A stretch of DNA of 64,000 bases from NCBI RefSeq assembly GCF_001194135.2, contig NC_069002.1, positions 36,389,046 to 36,453,045 on the forward strand, in the 5' to 3' direction. Numbering within the stretch: position 1 is the first letter of the stretch; each line of letters starts with the position of its first letter. The notes beneath the pieces were generated by a model. The model saw nothing but the letters and a program-made list of their open reading frames with translations. It was not told the origin of the DNA and searched no databases. This stretch comes from Octopus bimaculoides (Eukaryota). The translations under genes were made by a program, and so were the position numbers. This document shows positions 13,804 to 28,387 of the stretch, in pieces.

Positions 13804-16419
13804 CTAAGCAAGGAGAAATATATCAGAATATATTTATATTTGCCAGTTAACGCAGCTGGCAAATATAAAAGCAGCGCTCTATGTATAAACTTACACTTAA
13901 TTTACCAAAACCCAATTTAGATAAATTTAGTCATCTATTCTAGAAAATTTTATAAACTAATACAGCGAAAGCCAAGCTATATGTGTGTGGATGTGTGTGT
14001 GTGCGTGGTGTTTTTACGAATAAGTAAGTGCCATCACATTAGTTACGAAATGGGTGATCCTGATATCAGAAGTACATGTAATTTGATTAATTGCAAAGTA
14101 ATTAAACTAAATGTTTCAAACCAAATAAAAATGATTTCTTAAAAAGCAAATAAAAGTAAATAAACAGCACAAGTCTTTAAAACATAGTGCAAAGAGAGTG
14201 TCGATTGCATATTCCCCTTAATTAAATTTGTGACACGGTCTATAATTAATCAACGAATATTTTATTGATCTCTCACACTCTCTCTCTCTTTCTCTTTATC
14301 TCTCTCTTCCTCTCTCTCTCTTTCTCTTTATCTCTCTCTTCCTCTCTCTCTCTTTCCATTTCAATTTCCAAATGTACTTTGAGAAATATTGTTTTCTTTC
14401 TACAAGTATTGTGAAATGAGTTTCTGTGTTGATTGTATCTGTCTTTGAAAGTTATGCATGTAGTTCTGAAATAATATTTTTTTGGTATATCCTTGAAATA
14501 CCGTTGTCCAGTAGATTTCGTTTTCAGGTAACTTATTCTTATAGTTTAGTGTGTTGATATGTGGCAGACTCATCTGATTTGAAAAATATTGGTAGTCAAG
14601 TCATGTAGCAAATTGCAGCTTAACTGTAATGACTAATTTCTTATGCAGGTAGATATAACTTCTGTACTGCTACTGTTGAATAGTTTGTGGTAACTATGAT
14701 CGGTTCAGAATCGTCAGAGGAAAAGTGTAAGGAAGATTTTTGCAGCAGTTGTTCCTTCATTTTCATCGAAAAGTTGGTTGAGTTAAGTGACATCATATTT
14801 TTTCCTGCTTTATTCGGATGGTGGTTTATGTCACTTTTACTATGCATTTGATTTAACATTACAACCGCTCGCTTATAAGGATTCGTTTTAGAAGAGTTTT
14901 ATTGGTTGAATAATGGTTTGTTTATGAAATTGGGAAAAAAAATGCCACTCTATGTTACTGGTGAGATTCTTTATAATATTAGTGAAGATTCTGGATGGGT
15001 GCAGGGATAGGTATATGTGTGTGTGCGCGTGCGCGTGCGCGTGTGCGTGTGTAGTAAATGAAAGACGGAAGATGGAATGGAATATACGAGAATTTTTATT
15101 ATTAATCACGACAATTGTTTTGACACATCTAGCATCAATCCCTCACAGGTGAGAAACTTAGCAACTGGTTCAGGAGCATCCGGTGGTGCCGATGTGTCTC
15201 GTCGGTTGATAAATAATACAACGCGTAAAAATAACAGTTCAGCAATGTATCATCTCATTTCGTAGAAAGAAAAGCAGCAAAACGAAGGAAATATTATTTA
15301 TATAGAAAATCAAAAATAAAATCACAGATGCCAAAAAGAAACGAACACGCAATACAGCGAAAAAAGTAATTAAAATAACCGTTAACAGATATGGATGTAT
15401 AAATGCCCTTGCGCAAGCTATATGGCGCGTGTACACCCGCTCATATACATATATATATATANNNNNNNNNNNNNNNNNNNNNNNNNNNNNNNNNNNNNNN
15501 NNNNNNNNNNNNNNNNNNNNNNNNNNNNNNNNNNNNNNNNNNNNNNNNNNNNNNNNNNNNNNNNNNNNNNNNNNNNNNNNNNNNNNNNNNNNNNNNNNNN
15601 NNNNNNNNNNNNNNNNNNNNNNNNNNNNNNNNNNNNNNNNNNNNNNNNNNNNNNNNNNNNNNNNNNNNNNNNNNNNNNNNNNNNNNNNNNNNNNNNNNNN
15701 NNNNNNNNNNNNNNNNNNNNNNNNNNNNNNNNNNNNNNNNNNNNNNNNNNNNNNNNNNNNNNNNNNNNNNNNNNNNNNNNNNNNNNNNNNNNNNNNNNNN
15801 NNNNNNNNNNNNNNNNNNNNNNNNNNNNNNNNNNNNNNNNNNNNNNNNNNNNNNNNNNNNNNNNNNNNNNNNNNNNNNNNNNNNNNNNNNNNNNNNNNNN
15901 NNNNNNNNNNNNNNNNNNNNNNNNNNNNNNNNNNNNNNNNNNNNNNNNNNNNNNNNNNNNNNNNNNNNNNNNNNNNNNNNNNNNNNNNNNNNNNNNNNNN
16001 NNNNNNNNNNNNNNNNNNNNNNNNNNNNNNNNNNNNNNNNNNNNNNNNNNNNNNNNNNNNNNNNNNNNNNNNNNNNNNNNNNNNNNNNNNNNNNNNNNNN
16101 NNNNNNNNNNNNNNNNNNNNNNNNNNNNNNNNNNNNNNNNNNNNNNNNNNNNNNTGTGTGTGTGTGTGTGTTTCAATGTTTACAAATAACACGGAAAAAA
16201 TAAATAGTTACCAGGGTAGCAAAAATTCACACAAGTACCGAGGATGTAACAGCCTACTTATAAAGGTAGAAACTCCAGGTTTAGGTGAAATGTTTTGTAT
16301 AATGTGGATAAATAAATAAATGGAGTTAAGCACAGATACTATTCAAATTCTTTTATTTCCGACATATGTTTCGAAGACAAGATTGGTATTATTCCAGAAG
16401 GAACAAAAATGGTGTAAAA

Positions 16420-16820
16420 CAATGCAATCTTCTCATCAGGGAAAGAAAGAAACCAAACGCATCATTAAGACATTTTAACAGAATGTGATGACTGCGTATG
16501 TGATGAAGGGAATGCTAGCAAGTTTTTTTTTAACCGTTAGTAGATATAATGAACGTAGCAACACTGGGCTTAGTAAACTAATTTGGTATCTAAAGGATCA
16601 TAATCAGTTTGATTTGGAATGGAATATCCTATCTATATCTTTTCCGTATGATAAAGGTAAATCTTTTTGTCCGCTTTGTAACAGTGAAATGTATTTCATC
16701 CTGTTCTCAGAGAATCCTCTTGTAAACGTTTATAGAACGCGTTTATCGTTGCAAACATTGGCAAAAACATACCTTAGCTCTATAAGTGATTTCTACCATT
16801 CAATAAAATCCGAACTTTGA
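16420..16820 (+). mobile_element. Penelope-like GIY-YIG endonuclease C-terminal remnant
   Basis: ORF 16485-16820: NTGLSKLIWYLKD...LEWNIL...CPLCNSEMYFIL. Confidence 0.65.
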
Positions 16821-17682
16821 CTGTCTTCTTATATTTCACTTTCACTAAATATACCTACTCCCATGTTATCCCCGCTGTATATGGCCGAGTATTACCCTGA
16901 TGAAAGAACACCTTTCGTCTTCAAACCAAAGATGGTCGTTTTTCTTCTTGAGCTGACTTAAGCCGCTCAAGCTGCTCACAGTAGATCTCCTTTGTTATCG
17001 TTTTGTAAAACATCTTCAGGTATTATGGTCATTTTGAGAAATCGATATTTCTTTATATACACACCGGAACATAAGGTAGCTGCATTTTTTCTATTGTGAC
17101 ATCTTTAATGATGAACTGGTGAATAACTGAAAACATAAATTTATTAACTGTAAAACATGTTGTGATGTGACCATTTTTATTACTAATTCAAAAATTTATG
17201 TAAAATGCAGAAATATTTCGCCTTACTAAGAACTAGAAACGTAGGAGAATGAGCGAACGGGGAAAGAAAATAGGAAACAGTAGAGCTAAGACTAGATGAC
17301 TGCTTCGGTCATGTATGGCGAGCCCTCTTTGTTTAAGTATCACCAAGGAATACAAATTTTGCACAAGTGAATGTAGTTTACTTACACAGTATACTGTGAG
17401 TATAACAAGTATGTGTATGGCTTAAATTATTCGCTTAAATTATGGTTAGTAATGGTAATATGGACTGCGTAGAGGCGATGTCGCTGGTGGTGGTGGTGGT
17501 GGTGGTGGTGGTGGTGGTGGTGGTGGAAAGAGGAAGAGTTTGTTTGTTGAGTTGAGCCGCAGAGAAGTGGATTTGAAGTTGATGCTCATGTATGTAAGAA
17601 GTGACCTTGAATGCTTTACTAGTAGAAAAAGGAAATAAATAGATAAATATTAGAGCCCCGACATACGCTGACGACGTTTCAT

Positions 17683-17866
17683 CTATACATATGTGTATAT
17701 ATATATAATTGAGGAAATGAGAAGTGAAATCGACGTTACGAGTGTTTCCGTAAACGAATATTGCTTATTCCACACCGCATATAAAGATACACAATACATG
17801 CAACATATCCGATACATAACTATTCAATCACTTCCTCAGACACAGTCTTTGAAACACAATCAACTT
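17683..17866 (-). pseudogene. Decayed knottin terminal exon P2 (E-like)
   Basis: Acceptor tatttcag|A (phase 2). The frame reads S*LCFKDCV*GSD*IVMYRICCMYCVSLYAVWNKQYSFTETLVTSISLLISSIIYIYTYV*. It retains C-x3-C, CC and WNK as in gene E, plus a hydrophobic tail, with three in-frame stops. Confidence 0.6.
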
Positions 17867-18149
17867 CTGAAATAAATCGGATATGCAGGATAATTTTATA
17901 TTACTTTATGGCTGTGTCAGCACCAAATGTTATTAGTAGAATGAGACAAATTGTTTTCGATAAAAAGGAAAAGTGAAACAGATGACATTTTTTTAAATGT
18001 ATAACATCAAGTACCAATACTTTAAGCTCTGTCAACCCTGACCTGTCTCAATATCAGGATTTTCCATTATATACGTATACATACTTATGTATAGGTGCAA
18101 GCGTAGCTGTGTGGTAAGAGGTTTCCTGCCCACCCACACGGTTTGAATT

Positions 18150-18420
18150 GAAAGGAAGAATTACATCGGGCTATTTGAGGGCGAATTCAAGAGGTGTTAT
18201 GAAAACCACTTATTTTCTTTCCAACACACCGATAAAAGTAATGCACTTAAGTTAGCTATCCACGTATGGTTATTTGAGAGCAGCTCCACACCACAATTAA
18301 GTGGAGAATAATGGAGAAATCCAAGCCAACTGTTAATGGATCTAAGAAAGGCAACTTATGCGTAGCAGAAAGATCTCATATTTTTCTTAGATCCAGCAAT
18401 TCCAACTCACTGCTTAATTC
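18150..18420 (+). mobile_element. Penelope-like GIY-YIG remnant
   Basis: Frames read NYIGLFEGEFKRCYENHLFSF and MEKSKP...GNLCVAERSHIF. Confidence 0.6.
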
Positions 18421-18769
18421 GAGGTCTGAAATTTTTAGCATGCACGGATCTCTTTATCGAACTGGAGAGCATGACCCGCTCCAGACTGAGTTGATGTCTC
18501 GAAGACTTTGAAATATTTTCTGTTATTTTCTTCTAAATCAGTTTTTAATGAGCTTTCTGCAATCAGGGTCTTAGTTTTATTGATTATTTCGTTTCTCTTT
18601 TCTCGTTCCATTTTTGCACCAACCTTCTTCAGGTTTTTTCCACGCTTTTCTTATTTTTTTTTTTCACTGTCCAGCATCGTTGTTTTTAACATTTGTATAA
18701 CGCATAAACAGAAGCTGAAAGATTGATTGCTTTAAGACACACGGTGTGTTTATACATATGCCTGTTCAA

Positions 18770-18850
18770 GTATCATTAAAGCATGAAACTATTAGTAACT
18801 CTTTGGTTGTGTATTTAAATTGATATTTATCTCTCACTAGATGGAGTTCT
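18770..18850 (+). pseudogene. Possible decayed signal-peptide exon
   Basis: tatcattaaagcATGAAACTATTAGTAACTCTTTGGTTGTGTATTTAA resembles the tatcattag...ATGAAA start of the family's signal exons. It has an early stop and no donor. Confidence 0.3.
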
Positions 18851-19274
18851 TTTTCTGTTGATTCTACCTATTGGATCTTTTATATATGTGTGTGTGTGTG
18901 TGCGTGTGTGTGTGTGTGCGTGTGTGTGTGTGTGTAAGAGAAACTGCGATTCCCTGATGACCCGTTTGTGTTAAGCATCGAATTGCACTTAGAACATCCA
19001 ATTAGGAATTTCCAAACATCCACAAGGAAGAAACATACGTAGGAATGAATAATATAAACTTGTACCTATCGTAATTTCTCTTATGTGTACTCTGTATACC
19101 ATAACTAGCAATGCTACTAAGTGTAGCTGTTATATAACCATTATACTGAACGCAGACTGGATGGTGATGGTCTACGTAGTGCTATAAACTAATAAACTAA
19201 ACAGTAGCTGTCATACACACAGGATATATTATACACACACGCCTAGGTCAATATCTATATTTATCAATCTATCT

Positions 19275-19314
<40 letters not shown>

Positions 19315-19333
19315 GGCAGGCAGACAGACAGAC

Positions 19334-19397
<64 letters not shown>

Positions 19398-19627
19398 GGA
19401 TCTAATGGATGTCCTTAGAAAGTTTCATTTCACACGAAGAAATTTATATTAGAAAAGCAACGTGAAGAAAATGCTTTGAGAACTTTTATCATGTGTAAAA
19501 GAAAGTATTTACATTTTCGTCAAAATATGTTACCGGTTTCGTTCGCTTTAAAAGCCGATTTTATATTTTAGGATCGTAAATTTCAGTTGCTTTTCATCTG
19601 TACATACGTCTCTATGTTCACTGAGTC

Positions 19628-19880
19628 TTATTTACTTGTTTTGCCGTATTGTGATCTATGCAGAGTCATGCGTTGACTTAATGACATTGTGGTCTGTCCC
19701 ATGCAGCTTTTTCTACATACTAAGCATGTTATTAAGTTTCCAAACGCGCAGGGAAAGTTATATTTTATTTTATATCCAGAATTGTGTTCTTGATTAAAGC
19801 AGACCACCGATCCTTCTGTTAGACTAAAACATATTCCACAGTTAGATCTTCTACACTCTGTTAATGTTAGTCCTATCATT
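19628..19880 (-). mobile_element. Penelope-like GIY-YIG remnant
   Basis: ORF reads ITCLVCRKSCMGQTTMSLSQRMTLHRSQ (CxxC..GQT..L..R..HR pattern). Confidence 0.55.
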
Positions 19881-20669
19881 GGGTGTATTTTCGCCTGTGA
19901 TAGCGCTCTTTATAGATTTGGGTTGTCCTTTATGATGGTGTGTTGTGGGATTTGGGTCAGCGAAATGCAAACTAATTTCACCTGCAAAACAGAAGTACAG
20001 GTAAGAAACAGTCAAATTTTACTTTTTCCCTCATACTAATTTAGCAATTGCAAAACACAATAATTATGAATCAACAAAAGCAAATACCGACCACATTCCA
20101 ATGTATTATGATGTCGCCAAAACTATATACAATGCAATCTGCAGGAAACATTGCACTTTGATAAATGTATAAAATACTTATGGTTGAGTACACACAAAAA
20201 ATATTGGAGGAACATACGCATCAAAATATCCACCAACTTGAGACATAATTATTTACAGGAAGAGACGCCAGCTATAGTAAAACTGTATACAGCCCGTAGA
20301 TGTTCTGCAACTGTGAGCATTTTTCTTTTCAAAATTAGTAAGAAAAAGAATATTTACACTCAACTACTACTAAACAAAGAGCTTTTCTAGCCTTTGATAT
20401 ATATAATTATTTGTCTATGTTACTAAATGCCGTAATGGTAGTCTTAATAAGCTGGGATTTTCAAACAAAGTCAGCAGTTTTCAGCTTATACAAATTTTGC
20501 AAATAAAATCAGTTGAATCGTGGTAAGGTGTAAAAATTATCAAATTCAGCACGAAAACTTTCATTCATTTCCTTACCTAAATTCCTTACCTGTTTCTATA
20601 GAGACCAGCTTTATCTACATGTCTTCAATATTTCTAATTGTTGACTTTTTTTATACCAACAGGTTCGGG

Positions 20670-23541
<2,872 letters not shown>

Positions 23542-25104
23542 AGTAGATCCGCCTGGTCTGGGTGTTGCGATAATCATAATCCAAAGTAATCCAAATCAGC
23601 AAAAAATAGCAATTCAACCGCGTTTCGACATCATATAAAACTATAGACACATAAAAGTTGCTAAAACATATCAACGTTCATTGTACAATTCGTTTGTAGA
23701 AAATGCGTTATACGAAGTGTTTATGACTTGCAGTTCTTTGTTGCATGTCACGTTATTTAGAAGGGATTAGTGTTGCTATATGAACAAGAGGAAGCAAAAC
23801 AGTTGTTATGCAATATTTGGAGACAAGTGAGATGTAAACAGCATCAGTTGAAATTTGTCGAATTTTTTCCCAAACCTAAAAATACAGAGTAAAGTAAAAC
23901 AGCTTGCTAATTGTTTAAGGTTTCAGATTACAGCATATAACATGAGGTTATAGGGGAAAAAACGGAGACGAATCTGGTATTACTTGAACAATAATAAATT
24001 TATCACAAAAGAGTTCAATCTGTGTCAGTTCATTTCTTGAATAATTAAGAACTTTTGGCGTTTGCAATAATTCCTCACCGGTTTGATCTGAATTAAATAC
24101 GTATGTCGTCAAATATATGCTTCCCCCACTCCAAAAACTAGAAGATTACGATAGGAACGGCATATAAGGATCACAAATCAACTACAGACAACATATAAGT
24201 CCAATGACTCCCCACACACACAACCTGATGCACATGAACCATGAACCTTATACCACGGACTAACGCTACTCTATATAGCGTAACCTCTGGACCACCTAGA
24301 TAAGATGTGCATACTCATAATCAATACAACTCTACCTTATAAAATATGTCATCCATATTGTCGAATGCCATCAAGACAATTCTATGTGCAGCCCTTGAAA
24401 TTCATTTTCTTTATATATTATATTGTATTGTGATTATTGTCTGTTTACGCAATCGCGCCAGCAAGCCTGTCAACTTCCAGGTTTTTATACAATATCTATT
24501 AACAATGGCGGACTGGCCTACTTGCCAGCTTTGCAAGTAGGCCCCTGCACCATTAGAATCCATATATGGGGACCCATGCTCTCAAATTTGATAATTTTTT
24601 ATTCAGTCCTGGAAGAATGCATTATTTCGGCTTGGCTGTGTTTGTAGACAGTTGAAAAGGATACTTTTAACAAAACAAAGAAAAAAAACCTTCACATTTT
24701 TTATGTTTTATTGCATAAAATTTTAGACACTTTAGAGACGACAGCTTGCGCTAAAAAAGGCAATAAATTTAATTTCCTTTGATTTAATGTTATGTGAAAA
24801 CAAGCGGACAATTACAAACGCGTGTGTACGTGTATACATGCGTATGTGTACGCACGCCCGGGTGTACTGTATAATTGGCCAGTACAGGGGTTGTAACTGT
24901 AATTGTCGTGATTCTTGTTGGTGGATAGCAGATGGAATCTACAAAGCTGACTTTTCATTAAGCATTTTATCAATTGTGGTTGAATTAAGGAGTCTCAGAG
25001 GTTAAGCCTGGGTCAGTTGTTGTTGCAGTTGCAAAGGATTTGAAGAGAAAACACGTTGTTGTTGCCGTGGTGGTGGTCAGAAGAACGGAAATAAGAATTA
25101 AGAG

Positions 25105-25159
25105 ATTTTATTCCCACCAGTCACAAAATTATTATCGAGTTTGTGAATTTGCGAAAAAG
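25105..25159 (+). pseudogene. Orphan propeptide-like exon
   Basis: Exactly 55 nt, ag|AT...AG|GTAAGA, with an open frame (D/N)FIPTSHKIIIEFVNLRK(R). It lacks a polypyrimidine tract. Confidence 0.35.
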
Positions 25160-28100
25160 GTAAGAAAAAATTTCCATCATAAGTATTTTGAGATTACAAT
25201 TTGAAATTTTCCCAAAAATGATATTCAGAAAATCTTTTTTAGCTGAGAAGATTCACAGAATAATTTGTTTCTCTTTGAGCAAATATATATATAATTCAGT
25301 ATAAACTGTTGGTTAAATCGTTTTTATTCAACCGACATTATTGTAAGATCACTCAACGAAGTATACCATTAAGGCCAGTGTACTACGGTGTTTAACAATT
25401 TAATTTCAATAATGGAGTTTCGGATCGGAACACCCCATGTCGGATTTTCTCCGTTTGACGGTGATTTTTCCAATTTCTTTTTCACAACGATCTAATTTTT
25501 TCCTCACTCCCTCCTTTCTCCTCCTTGCTGCCATCCGGACCGATTTTGGCTCTTTTTTTTTTTTTTTTTTTTGGTAGTACGCACTTAAAAACGATCGGAG
25601 AAGCTTTTACGGTTTTAAAAAAATCATATTTTCACAAGAAAAGGTGTGTGATTTAAACGAGATTTAGCAGTTGTTTCTAGCACATCCAAAAATCCCCACT
25701 TCAAAATTTCAAATAGCAAATAAATACTGTGACAAAGTAAAATTAAAGTGTTNNNNNNNNNNNNNNNNNNNNNNNNNNNNNNNNNNNNNNNNNNNNNNNN
25801 NNNNNNNNNNNNNNNNNNNNNNNNNNNNNNNNNNNNNNNNNNNNNNNNNNNNNNNNNNNNNNNNNNNNNNNNNNNNNNNNNNNNNNNNNNNNNNNNNNNN
25901 NNNNNNNNNNNNNNNNNNNNNNNNNNNNNNNNNNNNNNNNNNNNNNNNNNNNNNNNNNNNNNNNNNNNNNNNNNNNNNNNNNNNNNNNNNNNNNNNNNNN
26001 NNNNNNNNNNNNNNNNNNNNNNNNNNNNNNNNNNNNNNNNNNNNNNNNNNNNNNNNNNNNNNNNNNNNNNNNNNNNNNNNNNNNNNNNNNNNNNNNNNNN
26101 NNNNNNNNNNNNNNNNNNNNNNNNNNNNNNNNNNNNNNNNNNNNNNNNNNNNNNNNNNNNNNNNNNNNNNNNNNNNNNNNNNNNNNNNNNNNNNNNNNNN
26201 NNNNNNNNNNNNNNNNNNNNNNNNNNNNNNNNNNNNNNNNNNNNNNNNNNNNNNNNNNNNNNNNNNNNNNNNNNNNNNNNNNNNNNNNNNNNNNNNNNNN
26301 NNNNNNNNNNNNNNNNNNNNNNNNNNNNNNNNNNNNNNNNNNNNNNNNNNNNNNNNNNNNNNNNNNNNNNNNNNNNNNNNNNNNNNNNNNNNNNNNNNNN
26401 NNNNNNNNNNNNNNNNNNNNNNNNNNNNNNNNNNNNNNNNNNNNNNNNNNNNNNNNNNNNNNNNNNNNNNNNNNNNNNNNNNNNNNNNNNNNNNNNNNNN
26501 NNNNNNNNNNNNNNNNNNNNNNNNNNNNNNNNNNNNNNNNNNNNNNNNNNNNNNNNNNNNNNNNNNNNNNTTTTTTTTTTTTTTTTTTTTTGAAAAATTG
26601 TAATTTTACAAGCAATTTTTGTTTTTTGTTTTTTTTTTTTCAGAATAATAATCTCCGTATTTTTCTATGTATTTCGCGAAAAAAATTTCCGGAAAAAGTG
26701 AAAAGTGAAGAAATGGTTGGGGAATTGAAATTTCTTGAAATTGCGATTTTTGAAAATTGTTTTTCAGAATTGGAATCTCCATAGCCTAAAACGTGGGACA
26801 GTTATGGAAAAATATCAATACATGTGACAGTGACAAAGAAAAGAGGATGTGCTAGAAACAGCCAAATCACCCTTAAATCACACAGCTTTCTGTTTGAAAA
26901 TATTTATTTTCTTTTTTACCGAAAAGGCTTCTCTCATTGTTTTTAAGTGCGTAATGCCAAAAAAATTCACCAATATCTGCTAGGAGGATGAGATTGAGGT
27001 GAAGAAAAAAATAAATTTTCAAAAACATTTTTCATAAAAAGACCCCCTCTACCACCACCAACACATTACCCCGAAGGCCTGAGTGAAAAATAAAATTCGA
27101 AAGATCCCTGTCAAAACGGAGAAAATTAAACTTACGTGGGCGTTCTGATCCAAAGCTCCACCTCAATAATTTCTTAACAGCATGATGCGTAAATATGTAT
27201 GTACTTATATAAATATATATATGTATTTATACATATATAGATATATATGTGTGTAATTGTATGTATGTATGTATGTATGTATGTATGTGAGCAGATTCGT
27301 ATGTTTTGTTTTATGTATATATTCTCATGCATATAGTTGCATATCTAGACAGGCTCATATATACTTAAATGATAAACTTCTGGAAAGTTTTACAGATTTG
27401 TACAGTTCCAGTGATTGATTGGATCGGTAGTCTTCGAATCAGCTTTCTCTCTCTTCTGGATTTGAAGAGGCTTAATTTCTCAAGATTGGTATTTGGGCAG
27501 TGTGTTACATATTCTATTGCCCCAATAATTACAGGTATAAACCTGAACTTGTAATCTGGATAAAGTAACTACAGATTTCTCATAGTTTAGTGTAGGTATT
27601 CTCTTTTTCACTTATCTTCAGCTTTATGTTAACATCCGCTGGGCAGCTGATTTCCACAATTGTACACAGTTTCTCTTCTCTATTTCAAATCATTACATCG
27701 TTTATTCCTTGACCAATTTTGCATACATGAAGCTGATAACATCATGAGGCATGGAAGACAACTCAATGAACAGCATTCCTTGTCTGATAACCTAGAATAC
27801 ATGCCCAAAGAAGTTACCCGACTCTACTGCAATATATCATCAGATGAAAGGATGAGCGTATATGAGCAGAAGATCATGCATGGATATGTTAGTAGAAAAC
27901 TCCGATATGATAGTAACAATGATCATCAATGCTGTATGACTTGGGTGTAATTCAGAGACATTAACTTCTTCGAAATTCTTCTTTCTCTTCACATCAGATT
28001 TTCGTCCATCTATGTATGCATGTATGTATGTTTGTATTGGACATTGCTTGTGTCCTGTAAAATGAATGTTTTCTCTATTTCACATAATGATATTGTTCAT

Positions 28101-28387
28101 TGAACGAGAGTAATATATATATACGCATTTGCATATATAAATTACACAATGAGCCTTTATATGCGAACATATGTACCACGATTGAACGCAAAAGATTTAT
28201 GTCTTAACATTATAATTCAGACTTTATTTTATTAGTTTTATACGATGTTGAATAATCTTTTCTACTCTAGGCACAAGGCCCTAAATTTGGGGGGAGGGGC
28301 CAGTCAATCAGATCGATTCCAGTAAGCAACTGGTACATAATTTATCGACCACGAAAGGATGAAAGGCAAAGTTGACCTCAGCGGAAT

